64,000 bases of DNA from Heterodontus francisci. Lineage: Eukaryota. The notes under the pieces were generated by a model. It did no database searches and had not been told where the DNA came from. It was given only the letters and a program-made list of their open reading frames with translations. The DNA lies in contig NC_090404.1 in the NCBI RefSeq assembly GCF_036365525.1, forward strand, positions 40,047,497 through 40,111,496, in the 5' to 3' direction. Of the stretch, positions 50,453 through 64,000 are shown in pieces. Positions within the stretch are counted from its first letter, which is position 1, and each line of letters starts with the position of its first letter. The position numbers and the translations under genes are program-made.

Positions 50453-51252
50453 AAGAACAAAGAACAAAGAACAGTACAGCACAGGAACAGGCCATTCGGC
50501 CCTCCAAGCCTGCGCCGATCTTGATGCCTGCAGAAACTAAAACCTTCTGCACTTCCGGGGTACGTATCCCGCTATTCCTATCCTATTCATCTATTTGACA
50601 AGGTGCCTCTTAAACGTCTCTATGGTACCTACTTCCACCACCTCCCCTGGCAACAAGTTCCAGGCACTCACCACCCTCTGTGTAAAGAACTTGCCTCGCA
50701 CATCCGCTCTAAACTTTGCCCCTCTCACCTTAAATCAATGTCCCCTAGTAACTGACTCTTCCACTAAGGGAAAAATCTTCTGACTATCCACTCTGTCCAT
50801 GCCGCTTATAACTTTGTAAACCTCTATCATGTCGCCCCTCCACCTCCGTCGTTCCAGTGAAAACAATCCGAGTTTATCCAACCTCTCCTCATAGCTAATG
50901 CCCTCCAGACCAGGCAACATCCTGGCAAACCTCTTCTGTACCCTCTCCAAAGCCTCCACGTCCTTCTGGTAGTGTGGCGACCAGAATTGCACGCAATATT
51001 CTAAGTGTGGCCAAACTAAAGTTCTGTACAGCTGCAGCATGACTTGCCTATTTTTATACTCTATGCCCCGACCGATGAAGGCAAGCATGCCATATGCCTT
51101 CTTGACTACCTTATCCACCTGCGTTGCCACTTTCAGTGACCTGTGGACCTATATGCCCAGATCTCTCTGCCTGTCAATACTCCTCAGGGTTCTGCCATTT
51201 ACTGTATACTTCCCACCTGCATTAAACCTTCCAAAATGCATTACCTCCCATT
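50453..51252 (-). mobile_element. 5'-truncated CR1 LINE, same subfamily as 62441-64000
   Basis: ATQVDKVVKKAYGMLAFIGRGIEYK...; (TTCTTTG)n tail at 50453-50472. Confidence 0.93.
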
Positions 51253-51324
51253 CTCAAATCTGTTTTTATTCAGCAAGGAAATTATATTAGGTGTGACAGT
51301 TCTCACAGCAGCCAGAAGGTTTCA

Positions 51325-51396
51325 TTTCTTGACTGGGATCCAAACCTGGACCACAGCACTGAGAGAGCTGAGTCCTAATCACTAGACCGCCGGGGA
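51325..51396 (-). pseudogene. tRNA-Glu(CTC) pseudogene / tRNA-derived fragment
   Basis: Minus strand TCCCCGGCGGTCTAGTGATTAGGACTCAGCTCTCTCAGTGCTGTGGTCCAGGTTTGGATCCCAGTCAAGAAA is colinear over 72 nt with vertebrate tRNA-Glu-CTC, but the B box and stems are mutated. Confidence 0.75.
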
Positions 51397-52194
51397 ATCT
51401 CGCTTCCTCACAACACTGTGGGTGTACAGACACTAGATGGTCCACAGTGGTTCAAGCAGGTGGCTCACCACTACTTTGTAACGGGCAATTATGGATGGTC
51501 AATAAATAGTGGCCTTACCAGTGACACCCACATCCCATCAAAGAATTAAAAAATTCCACCGTGGACGCTTCCTCATATTGAGTTTCATTTGCCACAGTTT
51601 TGTCCACTGTCTCGGACTGTCTCTGCCCCTTTATAACCTCCTGCTTCCATCTGTCAAACTTACTGAGCCTTCTAACTCACGCATGAATTAGTAAACAAAA
51701 TAATGATGTTAAAACATATTTTATTTCACACGGGTCTGACAATGTAACGGCGCGCCAGAGCTTTGCAGCAACCACACGGTGGCACTTAATCCCCGCATGT
51801 GCATCTCCCTCTTTCAATAATAATAATAATAATAGAAAAATCTTACCTTGAACTTTCCACGATATTCTATATTTTGGTGATTTCGGGTCTTCTCACAAGT
51901 CCTGTCTCTGTGTTTCTCTTGCAGTCTATTATTCCTGCTCTCACTTTGATTGCACCTTTACTTCTTCGTTCTTCAGTTCATGGGGATCATGAAAATGATT
52001 GATCAGTATGTTTAATTAGTACCTATAAAATGGAACCGAATATCACAGTTACTTCTGGCTCCCTGAATATGGTCCCACTTGCCGTGAATGTAACTGCTTC
52101 AATCTGCTGACAACACAAGGCACTGAATTCTTTATATACTCCCAGGAAAGACCCAAGAATTATTCTGTGAAGTCAACTTCAAGAAATGGCATAA

Positions 52195-52890
52195 CCACAG
52201 AATCACAGAATAGTTACAGCTCAGAGGGAGGCCATTCAGCCCATTGTGTCTGCACCAGCTCTCCGTAAGAACAATTCAGTTAGTGCCATTCCCCCACCGT
52301 CTCCCTGTAATCCTTTACATTCTTCCTTTTCATATAACAGTCTAATTCCCCTTTAAATGCTTCAATTAAACCTGCCTCCACCACACTGTCAACCGGCACT
52401 TTCCAGAACTTAAACACTCGCTGCTTGACAAAGTTTTTCCTCATGTCACTTTCGTTTCTCTTACCAAATACTTGAACTCTGTGCCCTTTCGTTCTCGATC
52501 TTTTAACGAGTGGGAACAGTTTCTCTCCATCTAAAATGTCCAAATCCTTCATAATTTTGAATACCTCTATCAAATCACCTCTCAACCTTCTCTCCTCAAA
52601 GGAAAACAGTCCTAATCTCTCTGATCTATCTTCATAACTGAACTTCTTCATCCCTGGAACCATTCTCGTGAATCTTTTCTCTACTCTCTTCAATGCCCTC
52701 ACGTCTCTCCTAAAGTAAGACTCCCAGAATTGGACACAATCCAGCAGAGGCCGAACTAGTGTCTTTTATAAGTTCAACATAATTTCCTTGCTCTGGTACT
52801 CTATGTCCCTATAAATAAAGCCCAGGATACGGAATCATCTATCAACCGCTCTCTCAACCTGTACTGCCACCTTCAATGACTTTTGCACAT
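52195..52890 (-). mobile_element. 5'-truncated CR1 LINE
   Basis: KRFTRMVPGMKKFSYEDR...RLRGDLIEVFK; ACAGAATC-type tail. Confidence 0.88.
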
Positions 52891-54391
52891 TGCAAGTAAC
52901 ATTGATAAACTGCCAAGCAACACCCGCTCGATCCAAGTAAAATGCAACAACAAAATAAATTACATAATATTCCAGCTTCGAGCTCCCCACCTGAACTTTT
53001 CATCGAAGGATTTTCCTCACCAGACCACAGAGCAAGCTACAGTCAGTTCAATAAGGGAACGGATGTCGTGTGTGCAAGTTAATGTTGCTTATGCTTGTAT
53101 CCGTTTCCTGATTGGTTCTCTTGGCTAAACAAACAGATCACCATGGAGATATTTCTCCAGCTGTGGCTCTTTCCTGCCCTGTTCCTGTGGATTTACATAA
53201 GAAATCAGGGGCAATTAAAGGCCACGTGGTCCTTTGCAGATCATCACTTCTGTGCTCAAGTCATCCAGTCCTGGCTACATTTTAAATGCTTTCAGTTTCT
53301 TTCACTCCACTGTCTTGCGGACAGAATGTTATACATTAAATCAAATGAGGTTGATTTTTTTTCTGTACCTCGTGAGTGTAAAGCATCCCCTGGCCTTCCA
53401 TTACTGTTTTCACCCAATTTTGAAATCATTTGAATTAATGGACCAAAAATCAGGCCAGCCTTGCTTTTTAACCTCCTTGCCTGACTTTCCTTCTTGCAGT
53501 AATTCATACCGACGTTAGACAGACGAAAAACTCTCCAAGCTACTTCCATTGGCCTCGCAATTGCACAGTGGAATAATTGCAGTCAAGGTCTAAAATGCCC
53601 GTGTGAAATTCCTTCAGACACTAACACAGAGGAGACAATCCTCATTTACTCAAATAACTGAAATGATTGTATGTGATACCGGCAGAGGAATTATAATTGC
53701 ATTCCCATGCGTTGCTGTTGTTCCCACCTTCAACTGAAACTATAAACCATTTCCTTTAATTATGCAATGTCTCCTTCAACATATTGGAGAGAGGAACATC
53801 TTTCATCCACCATCACTATGATCTGTAATCAATTAATTGTTTTTAAATTATATTAGAGGCAGCGATTTTGTATGAATTTTGTTGCACATCGAAATGCAAT
53901 TGTTTCAGAAGGTAATTGCAAAACCCCACTGCATGTCTTAGATTTAATTAGCCAGAAATTACATTCATCATCTTCAACGTGGGTCTGGACTTACCTTGGA
54001 GTCATTTGCTGAGCTCAGCTTGTTCTGTAATATTTAATATTACACATGATTGAATAAGATGCTTGTTAACATTTTCCCCCTGGACATGTAAGCCTGAACG
54101 TTTAACTATCTCAACTCCTTTAAATTTCTCATCATGCAGATCCTTCCTTAAGCTCAGTGATCAAAATTGCATCCAAAACTTCCTGGATCTGAGGAATTCA
54201 TTCAACAATCTCAGCAGACCCTTATTTACATCCACTGCTCTTGCGATGTGTCCTAACATTTTATTTGCCTTTATTAATTCATCACATAACAATCTCAAAA
54301 TTAGCAGTGATGCTTCTATCCTTATTCCGAGTTCTCATTCCAAGGGGCAATTTTCAAGCCTCTTCATTGTGCTTTGGTGTCCTTCACTTTC

Positions 54392-57300
54392 GAACATAGA
54401 ACATAGAACAGTACAGCACAGAACAGGCCCTTCGGCCCACGATGTTGTGCCGACCCTTTAACCTACTCTAAGATCAAACAACTTACATACCTTTCATTCT
54501 ACTATCATCCATGTACCTATCCAAGAGTCGCTTAATTGTCCCTAATGTATCTGCTTCTACTACAACCGCTGGCAGTGCATTCCACACACTCACCACTTTC
54601 TGTATAAAGAACCTACCTCTGACATCTCCCCTAAACCTTCCTCCAATCACCTTAAAATTATGGCCCCTGGTGATAGCCCTTTCCGCCCTGGGAAAAAGTC
54701 TCTGGCTATCCACTCTATCTATGTCTCATCCTCTTGTACCCATCTATCAAGTCACCTCTCATCCTTCTTCGCTCCAATGAGAAAAGCCCTAGATCCCTCA
54801 ACCTTTCTTCATAAGACATGCCCTCCAGTCCAGGCAGCATCCTGGTAAATCTCCTCTGCACCCTCTCTAAAGCTTCCACATCCTTCCTATAATGAGGCGA
54901 CCAGAACTGAACACAATATTCCAAGTGTGGTCTAACCAGGGCTTTATAGAGCTGAATCATAACCTCATGGCTCTTAAACTCAATCCCCCTGTTAATGAAA
55001 GCCAACACACCATACGCCTTCTTAACAACCCTATCAACCTGGGTGGCAACTTTGAGTGATCTATGGACGTGGACTCCAAGATCCCTCTGTTCCTCCACAC
55101 TGCCAAGAATCCTGTCTTTAAGCCTGTATTCTGCATTTAAATTCGACATTCCAAAATGAATCACTTCACATTTTTACAGGTTGAACTGCATCTGCCACAT
55201 CTCAGCCCAGCTCTGCATCCTGTCAATGTCCCGTTGCAACCTACAACAGCCCTCCACACTATCCACAACTCCAGCAACCTTTGTGTCATCGGCAAACTTA
55301 CGAACCCAGCCTTCCACTTCCTCATCCAAGTCATTTATAAAAATCACAAAGAGCAGAGGTCCTAGAGAAGATCCCTGTGGAGCACTACTTGTCACCGAGC
55401 TCCAGGTTGAATACTTTCCATCTACTACCACCCTCCGTCTTCTATGGGCCAGCCAATTCTGTATCCAGACAGCCAAATTTCCCTGTATCCCATGCCTCCT
55501 TACTTTCTGAATAAGCCTACCATGGGGAACCTTATCAAACGCCGTGCTAAAATCCATATACACCACATCCACTGCTCTTCCTTCATCAATGTGTTTTGTC
55601 ACATCCTCAATGAATTCAATAAGGCTTTTGAGACATGACCTGCCCCTCACAAAGCCATGCTGAATGTCTCTAATCAAACTATGCTTTTCCAAATAATCAT
55701 AAATCCTGTCTCTCAAAATCCTCTCCAATAACTTGCCCACCACCGACGTAAGACTACTGGTCTGTAATTCCCAGGGTTATCCCTATTCCTTTCTTGAACA
55801 AGGGAATAACATTTGCCTCCCTCCAATCACCTGGTACCACTCCAGTGGACAGTGAGGACGCAAAGATCATCGCCAAACGCGCGGCAATCTCTTCCCTCAC
55901 TTCCCGTTATAACCTAGGGTATATCCCATCTGGTCCCAGGGACTTATCTATCCTCATGTCTTTCAAAATTTCTAGCACACCCTCCTTCTTAACATCAACC
56001 TGTTCGAACATATCAGCCTGTTTCACGCTGTCCTCACAAACGACCAGGTCCCTCTCACTAGTGAATACTGAAGCAAAGTATTCATTAAGTACTTCCCCTC
56101 CCTCCTCCGACTCCAGGCACAAGTTCCCTCCACTATCCCTGATCGGCCCTACCCTCACACTGGCCATCCTCTTGTTCCTCACATAAATGCAGAACGCCTT
56201 GGGATTTTCCTTAATCCTACCCGCCAAGACTTTTTCATGTCCCCTTCTAGATCTCCTAAGTCCATTCTTCAGTTCCTTCCTGGTTACCTTGTAACCCTCT
56301 GGAGCCCTGTCTGATCCTTGCTTCCTCAACCTTAAGTAAGCTTCCTTCTTCCTCTTGACTAGCTGTTCCACATCTCTTGTCATCCAAGGTTCCTTCATCC
56401 TAACATCCCTTCATTGCCTCATCAGGACAAACCTATCCATCAGTCGCAGCAAGTGCTCCCTAAAAAACCTCCACATTTCTGTCGTGCATTTCCCTGAGAA
56501 CATCTGTTCCCAATTTAAGCTCCCCAGTTCCTGCCTAATAGCATTGTAATTCCCCCTCTCTCAATTAAATATTTTCCCATCCCGTCTGCTCCTCTCCCTC
56601 TCCATGACTATAGTAAAGGTCAGGGAGTTGTGATCACTATCACTGAAATGCTCTCCCACTGAGAGATCTGCCACCTGGCCTGGTTTGTTGCTGAGCACCA
56701 AGTCCAACATAGCCTCCCCTCTAGTCGGCCTATCTACATATTGATTCAGGAAACCTTCCTGGACACACCTGACAATATCTGCTCCATCCAAACTATTTTC
56801 ACTAAGGAGGTTCCAAGCAATATTAGGGAAGTTGAAGTCACCCATGACAACAATCCTGTTACTTCTGCACCTTTCCAAAATCTGCCTCCAAATCTGTTCC
56901 TCCGTGTCTCTGTTGCTATTGGGGGGTCTAAAGAAAATTCCCAATAAAGCGACTGCTCCTTTCCTTTTCTGACTTCCACCCATACTGACTCAGTAGATAA
57001 ACCCTCCTCGACGACCTCCCTTTCTGCAGCTGTGATACTATCCCTGATTAGCAATGCCACTCCCCCACCTCTTTTGCCTCCCTCCCTATTCCCTTTGAAA
57101 CATCTAAACCCCGGAACATCCAACATCCATACCTGCCCCTGTGATATCCAAGTCTCCATAATGGCCGCATCATCGTAGTTCCAAGTACTGATCCATGCTC
57201 TAAGTTCATCACCCTTATTCCTAACACTTCTTGTGTTAAAATAGACACACTTCAACCCATCATACTGGCTGCAACTTTGCCCTGTCAACTGTCAAATCTT

Positions 57301-58590
57301 CCTCACAGACTCTCTGCACTCTGTATCTGTCAGTTCAACAGCTACCCCATCCACTGTTCCGTCGCTCCATGTCCCATCCCCCTGCCAAAATAGTTTAAAC
57401 CCTCCCCAAGAGCTCCAGCAAACCTCCCACCCAGGATATTGGTGCCCCTCCAGTTCAGATGCAACCCGTCCTTCTTGTACAGGTCCCACCTTCCCCAGAA
57501 GGTATCCCAATGATCCACATAGCTGAATCCCTCCCTCCTACACCAGCTCTGTAGCCAAGTGTTCAGCTGCACTCGCTCTCTTTTTCTAGCCTCACTAGCT
57601 CGTGGCACCGGTATCAATCCTGAGAATACTACTCTGCCCGTCCTGCTTTATAGCTTCCAACTTAACTCCCTATATTCGCTTTTCAGGTCCTCATCCCTTT
57701 TCCTAGCTATGTCATTGGTACCGATGTGTACCGTGACTTCTGGCTGCTCGCCCTTCCCCTTAAGAATCCTGTAGACTCGATCCGAGACATCCCTGGCCCT
57801 GGCACCCGGGAGGCAACATACCATCCGGGAGTCTCATTCGTGACCACAGAATCTCCTGTCTGTTCTTCTAACCATTGAATCTCCTATCACTATCGCTCCC
57901 CTATTCTCCCCCCTTCCCTTCTGAGCCACAGAGCCAGGTTCAGTGCCAGAGACCTGGCCGCTGTGGCTTTCCCCTGGTTGGTCCCGCCCCCAACAGTATC
58001 CAAAATGGTATACTTATTATTGAGTGGAATGGCCACAGGGGCTCCCTGCACTGTGCGCCTATTCCCTTTCCCTCCCCTGACGGTCAACCAGCTACCTTTA
58101 TCCTGCAACCTAGGTGTCACTACTTCCCTATAACTGTTCTCTCTCACCCCCTCAGCCTCCTGAATGATCCGAAGTTCATCCAGCTCCAGCTCCAGTTCCC
58201 TAACGCGGTCTGTGAGGAACTGGAGTTGGGTGCACTTCTCGCAGGTGAAGTCAGCAGGGATACAAGTGATGACCCTTACCTCCCACATCCTGCAAGTGGA
58301 GCATGCAACTGCCCTCGCTTCCATCCTCTCTGCTGTAAATTGACAACAGAGATTTTTTTAAAAATGAAGGAAAACCTTACCTTACCAAACCCTCCACACA
58401 AGAGTCCTTTTTTTTTGGTTAGAGGAGGATGGGTGGGAGACACTACACGTGCAGTGTTTCGGGTTTAGCCACTGCCCGAATATATAAGTTCACTTACCCA
58501 GCAGTCCCCATGTCCGCGTCCGCCCAATCACGAGGTAACTACTTTATAGCTCAACTTACCTTCCCGGCTGCCCCCTGGCTCGTGCTCTCA
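54392..58590 (-). mobile_element. Near full-length CR1 LINE: 5' UTR, ORF1 (CxxC...CxxC zinc motif, coiled coil, SGNH-esterase-like domain), ORF2 (endonuclease + RT), disrupted by frameshifts
   Basis: ORF1 MEARAVACSTC...CEKC...ELELELDEL and LYKKDGLHLN; ORF2 YFNTRSVRNK, ETW, GGGVA, GDFNFP, SDHN, QHGF, FADDTK; (TATGTTC)n tail. Confidence 0.95.
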
Positions 58591-59079
58591 CCACTCCCAC
58601 TGCACAAATACCACAAAATGAAATACTTCACATTTGTTCTGGTAAATATACCACAGTCTAAGAAGCAATAATAAATTTCACCAAGGTAATGATTACTTCA
58701 TGGTTAAAGTACCGTGTGCAGTTTTAGGCACTTCTATAGATACGATATTACAGAGATAGACAGCAGGCAAAGTAGATACATTAGATCAGTCCCTGGAATG
58801 GGAACTAATTCTTTATCAAGGAGGTTTTTTTTTCCAGTGGAGCAGAAAAGTCTAAGAGGAGATTTACAGAACATTTTACAATCATGAACGATTTTGTTAG
58901 CGTCAAGGGCGCAATCTATTTCCTATGCTTTGGGATTCAATAACAAGGGATCATCAATTTAAGATCATTATTACGTGAGACAGGAGAGAGGTTAGGAGAA
59001 ATTTTGTGCAGATGGTTGTTGGAACATGCTTTTTACAGGAGATTTTATTGTGTCAGAGACCAGTCCATGCTTTATGGGG

Positions 59080-60005
59080 AAACATGACTCCTATTAGACA
59101 GAGTGGAAGGAACAGGCTACGGGGAAGAGCTGGATTGGCTTGTGATTAATATGCAGTTTGAGGAAGACAGTAGGACGGTGGATATGTTTTGAGTTAATAC
59201 AGGACTATGGAGAGAGAGGGTACTTGCACTCGTTTGGAATTGATACAGGTCTGGTGGAGAAAACGCGAAAGTATAGTTAGTTTTGGACTGCTAACGAACT
59301 ATGAGGCGTGAGCAGGGAAATGGGATCAATTTGTGATTCATAGTTCCGTACGGGGAGAGTGTGAGATAGAGGGATTAGTTTGGGATTGTGATATAGCTAT
59401 GGGGAAGAGAGCTGGCCAGTGGGATTAGTTTTGGATTGATACACGGTAATGCAAACAGCGCGGCACAGTGGAATGAGTTTTGCATTGATACAGAGCTATG
59501 TGAAAGAGAGCAAGCAGTCAAATTAATTTTGGATTGCATGACTGTGGAGAAAACGGTGTATTGGTGTTAATTTGAGATTTAGGAAAAGCAATGAGGAAAT
59601 AAATTGTATGTGGGATTAGTTTGCAATTGATGCCAATCTATGGAGAGAGAATGAGGCAGTAGGATTTTATGATTAATAATGGACTACGGGGGGAGCTAGA
59701 AATGATGTAGGTTTAGTTTGGATTTATTCAGAAATACTTGACGAGAGCAGGTCAGTGGGATTAGTATGCAATTGATGTAGAGCCATGCGGAGAGCGCTGT
59801 GCTGTGAGATTAGTATCAGATTGATATCAAACTATGGTGTAAAGGTGTGACTGTGGGACTCGTTTGTTATTAATACGTAGCTACAGGAGGGTGCAGAGCA
59901 TGTGAATATATTTAGTTTTGGATTGATACAGGACAACGGAGAGAACAAGTCAGTGCGATGAGTACAGGATTGATAGAGGGCTGTGGGGTTAATTTTGGTC
60001 TGGAT
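59080..60005 (+). repeat. Minisatellite, ~50-bp unit, roughly 17 degenerate copies, continuing from a CR1 3' fragment (58700-59080)
   Basis: Recurring GGATTAGTTTTGGATTGATACAGxGCTATGGxGAGAGAGC. Confidence 0.8.
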
Positions 60006-60009
60006 TGTT

Positions 60010-61600
60010 GCATAAGGACATAGGAGCAGAAGTAAGCTATTCAGCCCATCAAGCCTGTGCTGCTATTTACTGAGATCATGGATGATTTGCATCTTAATTC
60101 CATCCATCCACTTTGGCTCAATTTGTTTTGCAAAGTTTTGCATAAATGAATATATCTACCGATTTCAGATTTCAAATTATTAATTGAGTGAGCATCTTTT
60201 TTTTGTGGGAGAGAATTCTACACTTCTAACACGCTTTGTGTGAAGTGTTTTCTCACCTCTCTTCTGAATGACCTGTCTCTGAATTTTAAGATCCTGTCCC
60301 GTGTCGGAGACGCTCCTTCTGATGGAAATAGTTTTCTTCTACAACACTACCACTTCCTTTCAAAATACCAAAAAAAATCGCCACGTAAACTTTTATATTC
60401 AAGAGATTAAACACCTGATTTATTTAATTTCTTCATATAATGTAATCCTTGGAGCGTTGGTAAACGTTCTTGTGAATTTGTGCTTTACATCTTCAAAGGT
60501 CAGTATATTCTTTCTAAGTTGTGGTGCCAACGTCTGTACGCAGTGTTCCAGATGTATTGTAAACAGGGATTTATAACGCTGTAACAAAAAGTCCTATCCT
60601 TTATTTTCTAGCCCTCTAGTTAAAATATATATCATCCCATTAGCTTTTATGATTATTTTTGTACGTGACTACTATATGTAAGTGGACTGTGCATGCGAAC
60701 CTTTAAAACTCAATAGACCTGCAATATTCCGAGATAAATAGGACTCAAATCTATCCGTCTTTGTTTGGAAATGAATGAACTCCCAGGTGCCTGTGTTGAA
60801 CCCCATCTGCCACAGTTTCACTCTCTCACTGAACTTATCAATGTCTATATGTAACTGTATGCTCCTGTCTACACCACGTACTATATCACCAAACTTGGTG
60901 TCATCGTAAAACTTCCATATATGACTCTCACTTGTTTTATCCACATCATTAATAAATATAATGAACAGTTGAGGCCCCAGACAGAGACTTGTGGGATCTC
61001 ATTGTCAGTTCTTTCCAATGAGAGGTGATACCCAGTGTCCCTACTTTCTGTGCTCCGCTTCCTAACTAACCTCCTAACCACATCGCCTTCCATTCCCTGT
61101 GCTTTATTTTGTATCCAACAGTCTCTTATGTGCAAGCTTATCAAATGTCTTATGGAAGTTGATAGTAACTACAATCCATAGCTGTTCTCCTGTTAATACT
61201 TTAATTCTTATAATTAGGTTCGTTATATATCGCCTACCTTTCACAGGCTTTTTTCTAATCAGCTCAAATTTCTCTATGACCTCAATCACTCTCCGAAATT
61301 ATAGATGCGAATACCTTCCCACAATAGGTCTCTTTCTCTCACCTTTCAAAAATAATGGACATTATTTGCAATTTTCCAATTTAAATGGACAATTCCTGAA
61401 TCAAGAGAGTTTTGGAAGGTTATAGTTGAAGCACCTATAATAATTTAAAACCATGGGATTAAAAACCATTCGGTCCTTGGGGATTTGTCAGTCTTTAACA
61501 CTTTTTTGGGGAAACACTTTCAACTTGCTTACGTTAAATTTCATGAGTCCCATTCCCTTATTTATTATTAATGTCCCTGGAATGTCAGTTATATTATCCT
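60010..61600 (-). mobile_element. Degenerate CR1 LINE
   Basis: KFYDDTKFG, WQMGFN and FDKLAHKRLL motifs. Confidence 0.8.
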
Positions 61601-62440
61601 TTTCCTGTTCTGTGAGGCTGTAAAAGGCAATTATTCAACAGGTATGCACTACCCTTATTTTCAGTTGCAATATTTATCCTGTTTTTTGAAACGCCCACAT
61701 TTTTCACTGAAGAAATGTATGCAGTGTGGCTTTCAGGATTGCTACTATGACAATTGTTTTTCTTGTTTGTTGATAGCTCATAAGTCCTAAGTTAGGTACG
61801 AGCCAAAACAAAGCAAGGACACTAAAACCGAAACGATTCTCTAACAATGTAGAAAAAAAACATTTTCCAGGTCCCTTGGAAAAAATATGGATGTGTGCTT
61901 AAGGTTTATAATGTACTGAAGTTACTCAAAAGTAGACAAGAGATTACTGGAAAAGGAACAGGTGCAGTTTGATAAGCACAATGAATTCAATAGCCACCTT
62001 TCCTTTGTATGACAGACAAAAGCAATGCATGCTTACATTCAAGTGAATCCTACCTGTTAACAACACTTTGCTTGGAAATTGCTTTCATGCTGAAATTTTT
62101 TTTAAAAAGCAATTGAATCATCGACTGACTTCCACTACTCAATTGAACAATAAGAAGATTGATTATAGTAACATTGTGATATATAAGAGATCGAGACTTG
62201 ATTATTGGGGGTCTAATTTGGAAACTTGACGACTAGGTGAAACTTGACAACATGGTAAATAGTGAGCATGGTGGTAGCAGACTTGAGTAGTGCCGAGACA
62301 GATTGGTGAAAGGAGCAGGTGCATGGGAGATGCAGTTTAATGCAGATAAATGTGAAGTTCTACAGTTTCGGAGTAGCCACATGGAGAGGCAGTAGAATCT
62401 GAATGTTGCTATTTTGAGAGGGGTGCAGGATCAGATGTAC

Positions 62441-64000
62441 AAAGAACAAAGAACAGTACAGCACAGGAACAGGCCATTCGGCCCTCCAAGCCTGCGCTGA
62501 TCTTGATGCCTGCCTAAACTAAAACCTTCTGCACTTCCAGGGCCCATATCCCTCGTTTCCCTTCCTATTCATATATTTGTCAAGATGTCTCTTAAACATC
62601 GCTATCGTATCTGTTTCCACCACCTCCCCTGGCAGCAGGTTCCAGGCACTCACCACCCTCTGTGGAAAGAGCTTGCCTCGCACATCCTGTCTAAACTTTG
62701 CCCCTCTCACCTTAAACCTATGTCCCCTAGTAACTGACTCTTCCACCCTGGGAAAAAGCTTCTGAATATCCACTCTGTCCATGCCGCTCATAACTTTGTA
62801 AACCTCTATCATGTTGCCCCTCCACCTCCGTCGTTCCAGTGAAAACAATCCGGGTTTCTCCAACCTCTCCTCATAGCTAATGCCATCCAGACCAGGCACC
62901 ATCCTGGTAAACCTCCTCTGTACCGTCTCCAAAGCCTCCACGTCCTTCTGGTAGTGTGGCGATCAGAATTGCACGCAATATTCTAAGTGTGGCCTAACTA
63001 AGGTTCTGCACAGCTGCAACATGACTTGCCTATTTTTATACTCTATGCCCCGACCGATTAAGGCAAGCATGCCGTATGCCTTCTTGACTACCTTATCCAC
63101 CTGCGTTGCCATTTTCAGTGACCTGTGGACCTGTACGCCCAGATCTCTCTGTCTGTCAATACTCCTAAGGGTTCTGCCATTTACTGTATACCTCCCACCT
63201 GCATTAGACCTTCCAAAATGCATTACCTCACATTTGTCTGGATTAAACTCCATCTGCCATTTCTCTACCCTAGTCGCCAACCGATCTATATTCTGCTGTA
63301 TCCTCTGACAATCCTCATCATTATCCGCAACTCCACCAACCTTTGTGTCATCCGCAAACTTACTAATCAGACCAGCTACATTTTCCTCCAAATCATTTAT
63401 ATATACTACAAACAGCAAAGGTCCCAGCACTGATCCCTGCGGAATACCACTAGTCACATCCCTCCATTCAGAAAAACACCAAGCCACTGTTACCCTCTGT
63501 CTTCTATGAACGAGCCAGTTCTGTTACCATCTCGTCAGCTCATCTCTGATCCCGTGTGACTTCACCTTTTGCACCAGTCTGCCATGCGGGACCTTGTCAA
63601 AGGCTTTACTAAAGTCCATATAGATGACATCCACTGCCCATCCTTCATCAATCATCTTCGTCACTTCCTCAAAAAACTCAATCAAATTAGTAAGACACGA
63701 CCTCCCCTTCACAAAACCATTCTGTGTCTCGGTAATAAGCTCTTTAGTTTCCAAATGGGAGTAAATCCTGTCCCGAATAATCCTCTCTAATAGTTTCCCT
63801 ACCACTGACGAAAGGCTCACCGGCCTATAATTTCCTGGATTATCCTTGCCACCCTTCTTAAACAAAGGCACAACATTGGCTATTCTCCAGTCTTCTGGAA
63901 CCTCACCTGTAGCCAATAGGGATGCAAAGATTTCTGTCAAGGCCCCAGCAATTTCTTCCCTTGCCTCCCTCAGTATTCTAGGGTAGATCCCATCAGGCCC
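62441..64000 (-). mobile_element. Young CR1 LINE (RT and 3' end; runs off the window edge)
   Basis: NYRPVSLSSVVGK, DFSKAFDKVPH, GIPQGSVLGP, FADDTK; tail at 62441-62455. Confidence 0.95.

Noticed and set aside
51325-51396. Functional tRNA-Glu gene
   Set aside because: The T-loop/B box reads GGTTTGGAT and the acceptor and anticodon stems are mismatched.
2840-63940. Many 60-220 aa ORFs, including antisense ORFs with FVSSANL motifs
   Set aside because: They are fragments or reverse-frame shadows of CR1 reverse transcriptase, not host genes.

Overview
Cartilaginous-fish (shark) genomic DNA carrying one complete, apparently intact, unrearranged IgNAR (heavy-chain-only antibody) cluster on the + strand. 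Order: octamer/TATA promoter (~14.2 kb), split leader, one VNAR with only the two canonical cysteines (type IIb/IV-like), three RSS-flanked D segments, one J, constant exons C1-C5 with a secretory tailpiece, and two membrane exons (TM1 at 39955-40112, TM2 at 43951-43959, cytoplasmic tail KVH). All exons have GT/AG boundaries and compatible phases, and I found no internal stops. Notable details: a 17-bp duplication-like extension of the V 3' end that fixes QTIGRRK into CDR3, a 14-bp spacer on the D2 5' RSS, cysteine-free D1/D2, an IgM-like tailpiece with a penultimate Cys, and a young CR1 LINE ending 35 bp upstream of the C2 acceptor. The rest of the window is mostly CR1 and L2-type LINEs (one near full length), SINEs, an ERV-like remnant with a tRNA-Ser primer-binding site, a solo LTR, two minisatellites and a tRNA-Glu pseudogene. 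The VNAR framework and SINE types suggest a dogfish-like shark; that is recalled similarity, not a database result. Repeat boundaries are approximate.
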